Source: Eledone cirrhosa (Eukaryota). From it: a stretch of 64,000 nt of DNA. Positions 1 through 11,800 of this stretch are shown in pieces; position 1 is the first letter of the stretch, and every line of letters starts with the position of its first letter. Location: NCBI GenBank assembly GCA_964016885.1, contig OZ024740.1, forward strand, positions 25,606,001 to 25,670,000, written 5' to 3'. The position numbers were made by a program, and so were the translations under genes. A model generated the notes under the pieces. It was given only the letters and a program-made list of their open reading frames with translations. It was not told the DNA's origin and ran no database searches.

Positions 1-189
1 TAGTTGTAGTTACTTCTATTGTAGTTGTAGTTACTTCTATTGTAGTTGTAGTTACTTCTATTGTATTTGTAGTTACTTCTATTGTAGTTGTAGTTACTTC
101 TATTGTAGTTGTAGTTACTTCTATTGTAGCTGTAGTTACTTCTATTGTAGTTGTAGTTATTTCTATTGTAGTTGTAGTTACTTCTATTG

Positions 190-640
190 TAGTTGTAGTT
201 ATTTCTATTGTAGTTGTAGTTACTTTATTGTAGTTGTAGTTACTTCTCTTGTAGTTGTAGTTACTTCTATTGTAGTTGTAGTTACTTCTCTTTTAGTTGT
301 AGATACTTCTGTTGTAGATACATCTATTGTAGTTGTAGGTACTTCTATTGTAGTTGTAGTTACTTCTATTGTAGTTGTAGTTACTTCTATTGTAGTTGTA
401 GTTACTTCTATTGTAGCTGTAGTTACTTCTATTGTAGTTGTAGTTATTTCTATTGTAGTTGTAGTTACTTTATTGTAGTTGTAGTTACTTCTCTTGTAGT
501 TGTAGTTACTTCTATTGTAGTTGTAGTTACTTCTCTTTTAGTTGTAGATACTTCTGTTGTAGATACATCTATTGTAGTTGTAGGTACTTCTATTGTAGTT
601 GTAGTTACTTCTATTGTAGTTGTAGTTACTTTATTGTAGT
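190..640. repeat. 245-bp, 12-monomer module (10x21 + 20 + 15), usually paired; representative copy
   Basis: Signature TCTCTTTTAGTTGTAGATACTTCTGTTGTAGATACATCTA...GTAGGTAC, with TTTTAG at 291/536, 4730/4975 and many further pairs 245 bp apart. Confidence 0.9.
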
Positions 641-1519
641 TGTAGTTACTTGTATTGTAGTTGTAGTTTGTTCTATTGTAGTTGTAGTTACTTCTATCGT
701 AGGTGTAGTTACTTCTATTGTAGTTGTAGTTACTTCTATTGTAGTTGTAGATACTTCTATTGTAGTTGTAGTTACTTCTATTGTAGTTGTAGATACTTCT
801 ATTGTAGTTGTAGATACTTATATTGTAGATGTAGATACTTCTATTATAGTTGTAGTTACTTCTATTGTAGTTGTAGATACTTCTATTGCAATTGTAGTTA
901 CTTCTATTGTAGTTGTAGTTACTTCTATTGTAGTTGTAGTTACTTCTATTGTAGTTGTAATTACTTCTATTGTAGTTGTAGTTACTTCTATTGTAGTTGT
1001 AGATACTCCTATTGTAGTTGTAGATACTTCTATTGTTGTTGTAGTTACTTCTATTGTAGTTGTAGTTACTTCTATTGTAGTTGTAGTTACTTCTATTGTA
1101 GTTGTAGTTACTTCTATTGTAGTTGTAGTTATTTCTATTGTAGTTGTAGTTAATTCTATTGTAGTTGTAGTTATTTCTATTGTAGTTGTAGATACTCCTA
1201 TTGTAGTTGTAGATACTTCTATTGTAGATGTAGATACTTCTATTGTAGTTGTAGAAGCTTCTATTGTAGATGTTGTTACTTCTATTGTAGATGTAGTTAC
1301 TTCTATTGTAGTTGTAGTTACTTCTATTGTAGTTGTAGTTATTTCTATTGTAGTTGTAGTTACTTCTATTGTAGTTGTAGTTACTTCTATTGTAGTTGTA
1401 GTTACTTCTATTGTAGTTGTAGTTACTTCTATTGTAGTTGTAGATACTTCTATTGTAGTTGTAGTTACTCCTATTGTAGTTGTAGTTACTTATATTGTAG
1501 TTGTAGTTACTCTATTGTA

Positions 1520-2090
1520 GTTGTAGTTACTTCTATTGTAGTTGACGTTACTTTATTGTAGTTGTAGTTACTTCTATTGTAGTTGTAGATACTTCTATTG
1601 TAGTTGTAGTTACTTCTATTGTAGTTGTTGTTACTTCTATTGTAGTTGTAGATACTTCTATTGTAGTTGTAGTTACTTCTATTGTAGTTGTAGTTACTTC
1701 TATTGTAGTTGTAGTTACTTCTATTGTAGTTGTAGTTACTTCTATTGTAGTTGTAGTTACTTTATTGTAGTTGTAGTTACTTCTATTGTAGTTGTAGTTA
1801 CTTCTATTGTAGTTGTAGATACTTCTATTGTAGTTGTAGTTACTTTATTGTAGTTGTAGTTACTTCTATTGTAGTTGAAGTTACTTTATTGTAGTTGTAG
1901 TTACTTCTATTGTAGTTGTAGATACTTCTATTGTAGTTGTAGTTACTTCTATTGTAGTTGTAGTTACTTCTATTGTAGTTGTAGATACTTCTATTGTAGT
2001 TGTAGTTACTTCTATTGTAGTTGTAGTTACTTCTATTGTAGTTGTAGTTACTTCTATTGTAGTTGTAGTTACTTCTATTGTAGTTGTAGT
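1520..2090. repeat. 333-bp, 16-monomer module (13x21 + 3x20) marked by GTTGAAGTTACTTTA; representative copy
   Basis: ORF pairs exactly 333 bp apart: 1542/1875, 19340/19673, 38836/39169, 40675/41008, 42978/43311, 46683/47016, 50923/51256, 54649/54982. Confidence 0.9.
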
Positions 2091-3439
2091 TTGTTCTATT
2101 GCAGTTGTAGTTACTTCTATCGTAGGTGTAGTTACTTCTATTGTAGTTGTAGTTACTTCTATTGTAGTTGTAGATACTTCTCTTGTAGTTGTAGTTACTT
2201 CTATTGTACTTGTAGATACTTCTATTGTAGTTGTAGATATTTCTGTTGTAGTTACTTCTATTGTAGGTGTAGTTACTTCAATTGTAGTTGTAGTTACTTC
2301 TATTGTAGTTGTAGTTACTTCTATTGTAGTTGTAGTTACTTTATTGTAGTTGTAGTTACTTCTATTGTAGTTGAAGTTACTTTATTGTAGTTGTAGTTAC
2401 TTCTATTGTAGTTGTAGATACTTCTATTGTAGTTGTAGTTACTTCTATTGTAGCTGTGGTTACTTCTATTGTAGTTGTAGATACTTCTATTGTAGTTGTA
2501 GTTACCTCTATTGTAGTTGTAGTTACTTCTATTGTAGTTGTAGTTACTTCTATTGTAGTTGTAGTTACTTCTATTGTAGTTGTAGTTACTTTATTGTAGT
2601 TGTAGTTACTTCTATTGTAGTTGTAGTTACTTCTATTGTAGTTGTAGTTACTTCTATTGTAGTTGTAGTTACTTTATTGTAGTTGTAGTTACTTCTATTG
2701 TAGTTGTAGATACTTCTATTGTAGTTGTAGGTTCTTCTATTGTAGTTGTAGTTACTTCTATTGTAGTTGTAGTTACTTCTATTGTAGTTGTAGTTACTTC
2801 TATTGTAGTTGTAGTTACTTTATTGTAGTTGTAGTTACTTGTATTGTAGTTGTAGTTACTTCTATTGTAGTTGTAGTTACTTCTATTGTAGTTGTAGATA
2901 CTTCTATTGTAGTTGTAGATACTTCTATTGTAGTTGTAGTTACTTCTATTGTAGTTGTAGTTACTTCTATTGTAGTTGTAGTTACTTCTATTGTAGTTGT
3001 AGTTACTTCTATTGTAGTTGTTGTTACTTCTATTGTAGTTGTAGTTATTTCTATTGTAGTTGTAGTTACTTCTATTGTAGTTGTAGTTACTTCTATTGTA
3101 TTTGTAGTTACTTCTATTGTAGTTGTAGTTACTTCTATTGTAGTTGTAGTTACTTCTATTGTAGCTGTAGTTACTTCTATTGTAGTTGTAGTTATTTCTA
3201 TTGTAGTTGTAGTTACTTCTATTGTAGTTGTAGTTATTTCTATTGTAGTTGTAGTTACTTTATTGTAGTTGTAGTTACTTCTCTTGTAGTTGTAGTTACT
3301 TCTATTGTAGTTGTAGTTACTTCTCTTTTAGTTGTAGATACTTCTGTTGTAGATACATCTATTGTAGTTGTAGGTACTTCTATTGTAGTTGTAGTTACTT
3401 CTATTGTAGTTGTAGTTACTTCTATTGTAGTTGTAGATA

Positions 3440-3720
3440 CTTCTCTTGTAGTTGTAGTTACTTCTATTGTACTTGTAGATACTTCTATTGTAGTTGTAGA
3501 TATTTCTGTTGTAGTTACTTCTATTGTAGGTGTAGTTACTTCAATTGTAGTTGTAGTTACTTCTATTGTAGTGGTAGTTACTTCTCTTGTAGTTGTAGTT
3601 ACTTCTATTGTACTTGTAGATACTTCTATTGTAGTTGTAGATATTTCTGTTGTAGTTACTTCTATTGTAGGTGTAGTTACTTCAATTGTAGTTGTAGTTA
3701 CTTCTATTGTAGTTGTAGTT
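3440..3720. repeat. 141-bp, 7-monomer module (6x21 + 15) duplicated in tandem
   Basis: ACTTGTAGAT occurs at 3471 and 3612 with GTGGTAG at the junction. The module is single-copy at ~2180-2320 and doubled again at ~9405, ~19975 and ~27063. Confidence 0.88.
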
Positions 3721-3890
3721 ACTTCTATTGTAGTTGTAGTTACTTTATTGTAGTTGTAGTTACTTCTATTGTAGTTGAAGTTACTTTATTGTAGTTGTAG
3801 TTACTTCTATTGTAGTTGTAGATACTTCTATTGTAGTTGTAGTTACTTCTATTGTAGTTGTAGTTACTTCTATTGTAGTTGTAGATACTT

Positions 3891-6393
3891 CTATTGTAGT
3901 TGTAGTTACCTCTATTGTAGTTGTAGTTACTTCTATTGTAGTTGTAGTTACTTCTATTGTAGTTGTAGTTACTTCTATTGTAGTTGTAGTTACTTTATTG
4001 TAGTTGTAGTTACTTCTATTGTAGTTGTAGTTACTTCTATTGTAGTTGTAGTTACTTCTATTGTAGTTGTAGTTACTTTATTGTAGTTGTAGTTACTTCT
4101 ATTGTAGTTGTAGATACTTCTATTGTAGTTGTAGGTACTTCTATTGTAGTTGTAGTTACTTCTATTGTAGTTGTAGTTACTTCTATTGTAGTTGTAGTTA
4201 CTTCTATTGTAGTTGTAGTTACTTTATTGTAGTTGTAGTTACTTGTATTGTAGTTGTAGTTACTTCTATTGTAGTTGTAGTTACTTCTATTGTAGTTGTA
4301 GATACTTCTATTGTAGTTGTAGATACTTCTATTGTAGTTGTAGTTACTTCTATTGTAGTTGTAGTTACTTCTATTGTAGTTGTAGTTACTTCTATTGTAG
4401 TTGTAGTTACTTCTATTGTAGTTGTTGTTACTTCTATTGTAGTTGTAGTTATTTCTATTGTAGTTGTAGTTACTTCTATTGTAGTTGTAGTTACTTCTAT
4501 TGTATTTGTAGTTACTTCTATTGTAGTTGTAGTTACTTCTATTGTAGTTGTAGTTACTTCTATTGTAGCTGTAGTTACTTCTATTGTAGTTGTAGTTATT
4601 TCTATTGTAGTTGTAGTTACTTCTATTGTAGTTGTAGTTATTTCTATTGTAGTTGTAGTTACTTTATTGTAGTTGTAGTTACTTCTCTTGTAGTTGTAGT
4701 TACTTCTATTGTAGTTGTAGTTACTTCTCTTTTAGTTGTAGATACTTCTGTTGTAGATACATCTATTGTAGTTGTAGGTACTTCTATTGTAGTTGTAGTT
4801 ACTTCTATTGTAGTTGTAGTTACTTCTATTGTAGTTGTAGTTACTTCTATTGTAGCTGTAGTTACTTCTATTGTAGTTGTAGTTATTTCTATTGTAGTTG
4901 TAGTTACTTTATTGTAGTTGTAGTTACTTCTCTTGTAGTTGTAGTTACTTCTATTGTAGTTGTAGTTACTTCTCTTTTAGTTGTAGATACTTCTGTTGTA
5001 GATACATCTATTGTAGTTGTAGGTACTTCTATTGTAGTTGTAGTTACTTCTATTGTAGTTGTAGTTACTTTATTGTAGTTGTAGTTACTTGTATTGTAGT
5101 TGTAGTTACTTCTATTGTAGTTGTAGTTACTACTATTGTAGTTGTAGTTACCTCTATTGTAGTTGTAGTTACTTCTATTGTAGTTGTAGTTACTTCTATT
5201 GTAGTTGTAGTTACTTCTATTGTAGTTGTAGTTACTTTATTGTAGTTGTAGTTACTTCTATTGTAGTTGTAGTTACTTCTATTGTAGTTGTAGTTACTTC
5301 TATTGTAGTTGTAGTTACTTTATTGTAGTTGTAGTTACTTCTATTGTAGTTGTAGATACTTCTATTGTAGTTGTAGGTACTTCTATTGTAGTTGTAGTTA
5401 CTTCTATTGTAGTTGTAGTTACTTCTATTGTAGTTGTAGTTACTTCTATTGTAGTTGTAGTTACTTTATTGTAGTTGTAGTTACTTGTATTGTAGTTGTA
5501 GTTACTTCTATTGTAGTTGTAGTTACTTCTATTGTAGTTGTAGATACTTCTATTGTAGTTGTAGATACTTCTATTGTAGTTGTAGTTACTTCTATTGTAG
5601 TTGTAGTTACTTCTATTGTAGTTGTAGTTACTTCTATTGTAGTTGTAGTTACTTCTATTGTAGTTGTTGTTACTTCTATTGTAGTTGTAGTTATTTCTAT
5701 TGTAGTTGTAGTTACTTCTATTGTAGTTGTAGTTACTTCTATTGTATTTGTAGTTACTTCTATTGTAGTTGTAGTTACTTCTATTGTAGTTGTAGTTACT
5801 TCTATTGTAGCTGTAGTTACTTCTATTGTAGTTGTAGTTATTTCTATTGTAGTTGTAGTTACTTCTATTGTAGTTGTAGTTATTTCTATTGTAGTTGTAG
5901 TTACTTTATTGTAGTTGTAGTTACTTCTCTTGTAGTTGTAGTTACTTCTATTGTAGTTGTAGTTACTTCTCTTTTAGTTGTAGATACTTCTGTTGTAGAT
6001 ACATCTATTGTAGTTGTAGGTACTTCTATTGTAGTTGTAGTTACTTCTATTGTAGTTGTAGTTACTTCTATTGTAGTTGTAGTTACTTCTATTGTAGCTG
6101 TAGTTACTTCTATTGTAGTTGTAGTTATTTCTATTGTAGTTGTAGTTACTTTATTGTAGTTGTAGTTACTTCTCTTGTAGTTGTAGTTACTTCTATTGTA
6201 GTTGTAGTTACTTCTCTTTTAGTTGTAGATACTTCTGTTGTAGATACATCTATTGTAGTTGTAGGTACTTCTATTGTAGTTGTAGTTACTTCTATTGTAG
6301 TTGTAGTTACTTTATTGTAGTTGTAGTTACTTGTATTGTAGTTGTAGTTACTTCTATTGTAGTTGTAGTTACTACTATTGTAGTTGTAGTTAC
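3891..6393. repeat. Nested 1,242-bp tandem duplication (also present at +5965)
   Basis: ORFs 4243/5485 and 5089/6331 are offset by 1242; marker TTACCTCTA occurs at ~3907 and ~5149. Confidence 0.9.
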
Positions 6394-6799
6394 TTCTATT
6401 GTAGTTGTAGTTTGTTCTATTGTAGTTGTAGTTACTTCTATCGTAGGTGTAGTTACTTCTATTGTAGTTGTAGTTACTTCTATTGTAGTTGTAGATACTT
6501 CTATTGTAGTTGTAGTTACTTCTATTGTAGTTGTAGATACTTCTATTGTAGTTGTAGATACTTCTATTGTAGATGTAGATACTTCTATTATAGTTGTAGT
6601 TACTTCTATTGTAGTTGTAGATACTTCTATTGCAATTGTAGTTACTTCTATTGTAGTTGTAGTTACTTCTATTGTAGTTGTAGTTACTTCTCTTGTAGTT
6701 GTAGTTACTTCTCTTGTAGGTGTAGTTACTTCTATTGTAGTTGTAGTTACTTCTATTGTAGTTGTAGTTATTTCTATTGTAGTTGTAGTTACTTCTATT

Positions 6800-8891
6800 G
6801 TAGTTGTAGTTACTTCTATTGTAGTTGTAGTTACTTCTATTGTAGTTGTAGTTATTTCTATTGTAGTTGTAGTTACTTCTATTGTAGTTGTAGTTACTTC
6901 TATTGAATTTGTAGTTACTTCTATTGTAGTTGTAGTTACTTCTCTTGTAGTTGTAGTTACTTCTATTGTAGTTGTAGTTACTTCTCTTTTAGTTGTAGAT
7001 ACTTCTGTTGTAGATACATCTATTGTAGTTGTAGGTACTTCTATTGTAGTTGTAGTTACTTCTATTGTAGTTGTAGTTACTTCTATTGTAGTTGTAGTTA
7101 CTTCTATTGTAGCTGTAGTTACTTCTATTGTAGTTGTAGTTATTTCTATTGTAGTTGTAGTTACTTTATTGTAGTTGTAGTTACTTCTCTTGTAGTTGTA
7201 GTTACTTCTATTGTAGTTGTAGTTACTTCTCTTTTAGTTGTAGATACTTCTGTTGTAGATACATCTATTGTAGTTGTAGGTACTTCTATTGTAGTTGTAG
7301 TTATTTCTATTGTAGTTGTAGTTACTTCTATTGTAGTTGTAGTTATTTCTATTGTAGTTCTAGTTACTTCTATTGTAGTTGTAGTTACTTCTATTGAATT
7401 TGTAGTTACTTCTATTGTAGTTGTAGTTACTTCTCTTGTAGTTGTAGTTACTTCTATTGTAGTTGTAGTTACTTCTCTTTTAGTTGTAGATATTTCTGTT
7501 GTAGATACATCTATTGTAGTTGTAGGTACTTCTATTGTAGTTGTAGTTACTTCTATTGTAGTTGTAGTTACTTCTATTGTAGTTGTAGTTACTTCTATTG
7601 TAGCTGTAGTTACTTCTATTGTAGTTGTAGTTATTTCTATTGTAGTTGTAGTTACTTTATTGTAGTTGTAGTTACTTCTCTTGTAGGTGTAGTTACTTCT
7701 ATTGTAGTTGTAGTTACTTCTCTTTTAGTTGTAGATACTTCTGTTGTAGATACATCTATTGTAGTTGTAGGTACTTCTATTGTAGTTGTAGTTACTTCTA
7801 TTGTAGTTGTAGTTACTTTATTGTAGTTGTAGTTACTTGTATTGTAGTTGTAGTTACTTCTATTGTAGTTGTAGTTACTACTATTGTAGTTGTAGTTACT
7901 TCTATTGTAGTTGTAGTTTGTTCTATTGTAGTTGTAGTTACTTCTATCGTAGGTGTAGTTACTTCTATTGTAGTTGTAGTTACTTCTATTGTAGTTGTAG
8001 TTATTTCTATTGTAGTTGTAGTTACTTCTATTGTAGTTGTAGTTACTTCTATTGAATTTGTAGTTACTTCTATTGTAGTTGTAGTTACTTCTCTTGTAGT
8101 TGTAGTTACTTCTATTGTAGTTGTAGTTACTTCTCTTTTAGTTGTAGATACTTCTGTTGTAGATACATCTATTGTAGTTGTAGGTACTTCTATTGTAGTT
8201 GTAGTTACTTCTATTGTAGTTGTAGTTACTTCTATTGTAGTTGTAGTTACTTCTATTGTAGCTGTAGTTACTTCTATTGTAGTTGTAGTTATTTCTATTG
8301 TAGTTGTAGTTACTTTATTGTAGTTGTAGTTACTTCTCTTGTAGTTGTAGTTACTTCTATTGTAGTTGTAGTTACTTCTCTTTTAGTTGTAGATACTTCT
8401 GTTGTAGATACATCTATTGTAGTTGTAGGTACTTCTATTGTAGTTGTAGTTATTTCTATTGTAGTTGTAGTTACTTCTATTGTAGTTGTAGTTATTTCTA
8501 TTGTAGTTGTAGTTACTTCTATTGTAGTTGTAGTTACTTCTATTGAATTTGTAGTTACTTCTATTGTAGTTGTAGTTACTTCTCTTGTAGTTGTAGTTAC
8601 TTCTATTGTAGTTGTAGTTACTTCTCTTTTAGTTGTAGATATTTCTGTTGTAGATACATCTATTGTAGTTGTAGGTACATCTATTGTAGTTGTAGTTACT
8701 TCTATTGTAGTTGTAGTTACTTCTATTGTAGTTGTAGTTACTTCTATTGTAGCTGTAGTTACTTCTATTGTAGTTGTAGTTATTTCTATTGTAGTTGTAG
8801 TTACTTTATTGTAGTTGTAGTTACTTCTCTTGTAGGTGTAGTTACTTCTATTGTAGTCGTAGTTACTTCTCTTTTAGTTGTAGATACTTCT
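6800..8891. repeat. Nested 1,149-bp duplication (boundaries approximate; also present at +5965)
   Basis: GAATTT marker pairs at 6905/8054 and 7396/8545; ORFs 13802/14951 are offset by 1149. Confidence 0.85.
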
Positions 8892-11800
8892 ATTGTAGTT
8901 GTAGTTACTTCTATTGTAGTTGTAGTTACTTCTATTGTAGTTGTAGTTACTTCTATTGTAGTTGTAGTTACTTCTATTGTAGTTGTTGTTACTTCTATTG
9001 TAGTTGTAGTTATTTCTATTGTAGTTGTAGTTACTTCTATTGTAGTTGTAGTTACTTCTATTGTATTTGTAGTTACTTCTATTGTAGTTGTAGTTACTTC
9101 TATTGTAGTTGTAGTTACTTCTATTGTAGCTGTAGTTACTTCTATTGTAGTTGTAGTTATTTCTATTGTAGTTGTAGTTACTTCTATTGTAGTTGTAGTT
9201 ATTTCTATTGTAGTTGTAGTTACTTTATTGTAGTTGTAGTTACTTCTCTTGTAGTTGTAGTTACTTCTATTGTAGTTGTAGTTACTTCTCTTTTAGTTGT
9301 AGATACTTCTGTTGTAGATACATCTATTGTAGTTGTAGGTACTTCTATTGTAGTTGTAGTTACTTCTATTGTAGTTGTAGTTACTTCTATTGTAGTTGTA
9401 GATACTTCTCTTGTAGTTGTAGTTACTTCTATTGTACTTGTAGATACTTCTATTGTAGTTGTAGATATTTCTGTTGTAGTTACTTCTATTGTAGGTGTAG
9501 TTACTTCAATTGTAGTTGTAGTTACTTCTATTGTAGTGGTAGTTACTTCTCTTGTAGTTGTAGTTACTTCTATTGTACTTGTAGATACTTCTATTGTAGT
9601 TGTAGATATTTCTGTTGTAGTTACTTCTATTGTAGGTGTAGTTACTTCAATTGTAGTTGTAGTTACTTCTATTGTAGTTGTAGTTACTTCTATTGTAGTT
9701 GTAGTTACTTTATTGTAGTTGTAGTTACTTCTATTGTAGTTGAAGTTACTTTATTGTAGTTGTAGTTACTTCTATTGTAGTTGTAGATACTTCTATTGTA
9801 GTTGTAGTTACTTCTATTGTAGTTGTAGTTACTTCTATTGTAGTTGTAGATACTTCTATTGTAGTTGTAGTTACCTCTATTGTAGTTGTAGTTACTTCTA
9901 TTGTAGTTGTAGTTACTTCTATTGTAGTTGTAGTTACTTCTATTGTAGTTGTAGTTACTTTATTGTAGTTGTAGTTACTTCTATTGTAGTTGTAGTTACT
10001 TCTATTGTAGTTGTAGTTACTTCTATTGTAGTTGTAGTTACTTTATTGTAGTTGTAGTTACTTCTATTGTAGTTGTAGATACTTCTATTGTAGTTGTAGG
10101 TACTTCTATTGTAGTTGTAGTTACTTCTATTGTAGTTGTAGTTACTTCTATTGTAGTTGTAGTTACTTCTATTGTAGTTGTAGTTACTTTATTGTAGTTG
10201 TAGTTACTTGTATTGTAGTTGTAGTTACTTCTATTGTAGTTGTAGTTACTTCTATTGTAGTTGTAGATACTTCTATTGTAGTTGTAGATACTTCTATTGT
10301 AGTTGTAGTTACTTCTATTGTAGTTGTAGTTACTTCTATTGTAGTTGTAGTTACTTCTATTGTAGTTGTAGTTACTTCTATTGTAGTTGTTGTTACTTCT
10401 ATTGTAGTTGTAGTTATTTCTATTGTAGTTGTAGTTACTTCTATTGTAGTTGTAGTTACTTCTATTGTATTTGTAGTTACTTCTATTGTAGTTGTAGTTA
10501 CTTCTATTGTAGTTGTAGTTACTTCTATTGTAGCTGTAGTTACTTCTATTGTAGTTGTAGTTATTTCTATTGTAGTTGTAGTTACTTCTATTGTAGTTGT
10601 AGTTATTTCTATTGTAGTTGTAGTTACTTTATTGTAGTTGTAGTTACTTCTCTTGTAGTTGTAGTTACTTCTATTGTAGTTGTAGTTACTTCTCTTTTAG
10701 TTGTAGATACTTCTGTTGTAGATACATCTATTGTAGTTGTAGGTACTTCTATTGTAGTTGTAGTTACTTCTATTGTAGTTGTAGTTACTTCTATTGTAGT
10801 TGTAGTTACTTCTATTGTAGCTGTAGTTACTTCTATTGTAGTTGTAGTTATTTCTATTGTAGTTGTAGTTACTTTATTGTAGTTGTAGTTACTTCTCTTG
10901 TAGTTGTAGTTACTTCTATTGTAGTTGTAGTTACTTCTCTTTTAGTTGTAGATACTTCTGTTGTAGATACATCTATTGTAGTTGTAGGTACTTCTATTGT
11001 AGTTGTAGTTACTTCTATTGTAGTTGTAGTTACTTTATTGTAGTTGTAGTTACTTGTATTGTAGTTGTAGTTACTTCTATTGTAGTTGTAGTTACTACTA
11101 TTGTAGTTGTAGTTACCTCTATTGTAGTTGTAGTTACTTCTATTGTAGTTGTAGTTACTTCTATTGTAGTTGTAGTTACTTCTATTGTAGTTGTAGTTAC
11201 TTTATTGTAGTTGTAGTTACTTCTATTGTAGTTGTAGTTACTTCTATTGTAGTTGTAGTTACTTCTATTGTAGTTGTAGTTACTTTATTGTAGTTGTAGT
11301 TACTTCTATTGTAGTTGTAGATACTTCTATTGTAGTTGTAGGTACTTCTATTGTAGTTGTAGTTACTTCTATTGTAGTTGTAGTTACTTCTATTGTAGTT
11401 GTAGTTACTTCTATTGTAGTTGTAGTTACTTTATTGTAGTTGTAGTTACTTGTATTGTAGTTGTAGTTACTTCTATTGTAGTTGTAGTTACTTCTATTGT
11501 AGTTGTAGATACTTCTATTGTAGTTGTAGATACTTCTATTGTAGTTGTAGTTACTTCTATTGTAGTTGTAGTTACTTCTATTGTAGTTGTAGTTACTTCT
11601 ATTGTAGTTGTAGTTACTTCTATTGTAGTTGTTGTTACTTCTATTGTAGTTGTAGTTATTTCTATTGTAGTTGTAGTTACTTCTATTGTAGTTGTAGTTA
11701 CTTCTATTGTATTTGTAGTTACTTCTATTGTAGTTGTAGTTACTTCTATTGTAGTTGTAGTTACTTCTATTGTAGCTGTAGTTACTTCTATTGTAGTTGT

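Noticed and set aside
220-230. 20-bp monomers (ACTTTATT) as sequencing or homopolymer errors masking one giant ORF
   Set aside because: They recur at the same positions in every duplicated block and define fixed module lengths (245, 333 bp), so they behave as inherited variants.
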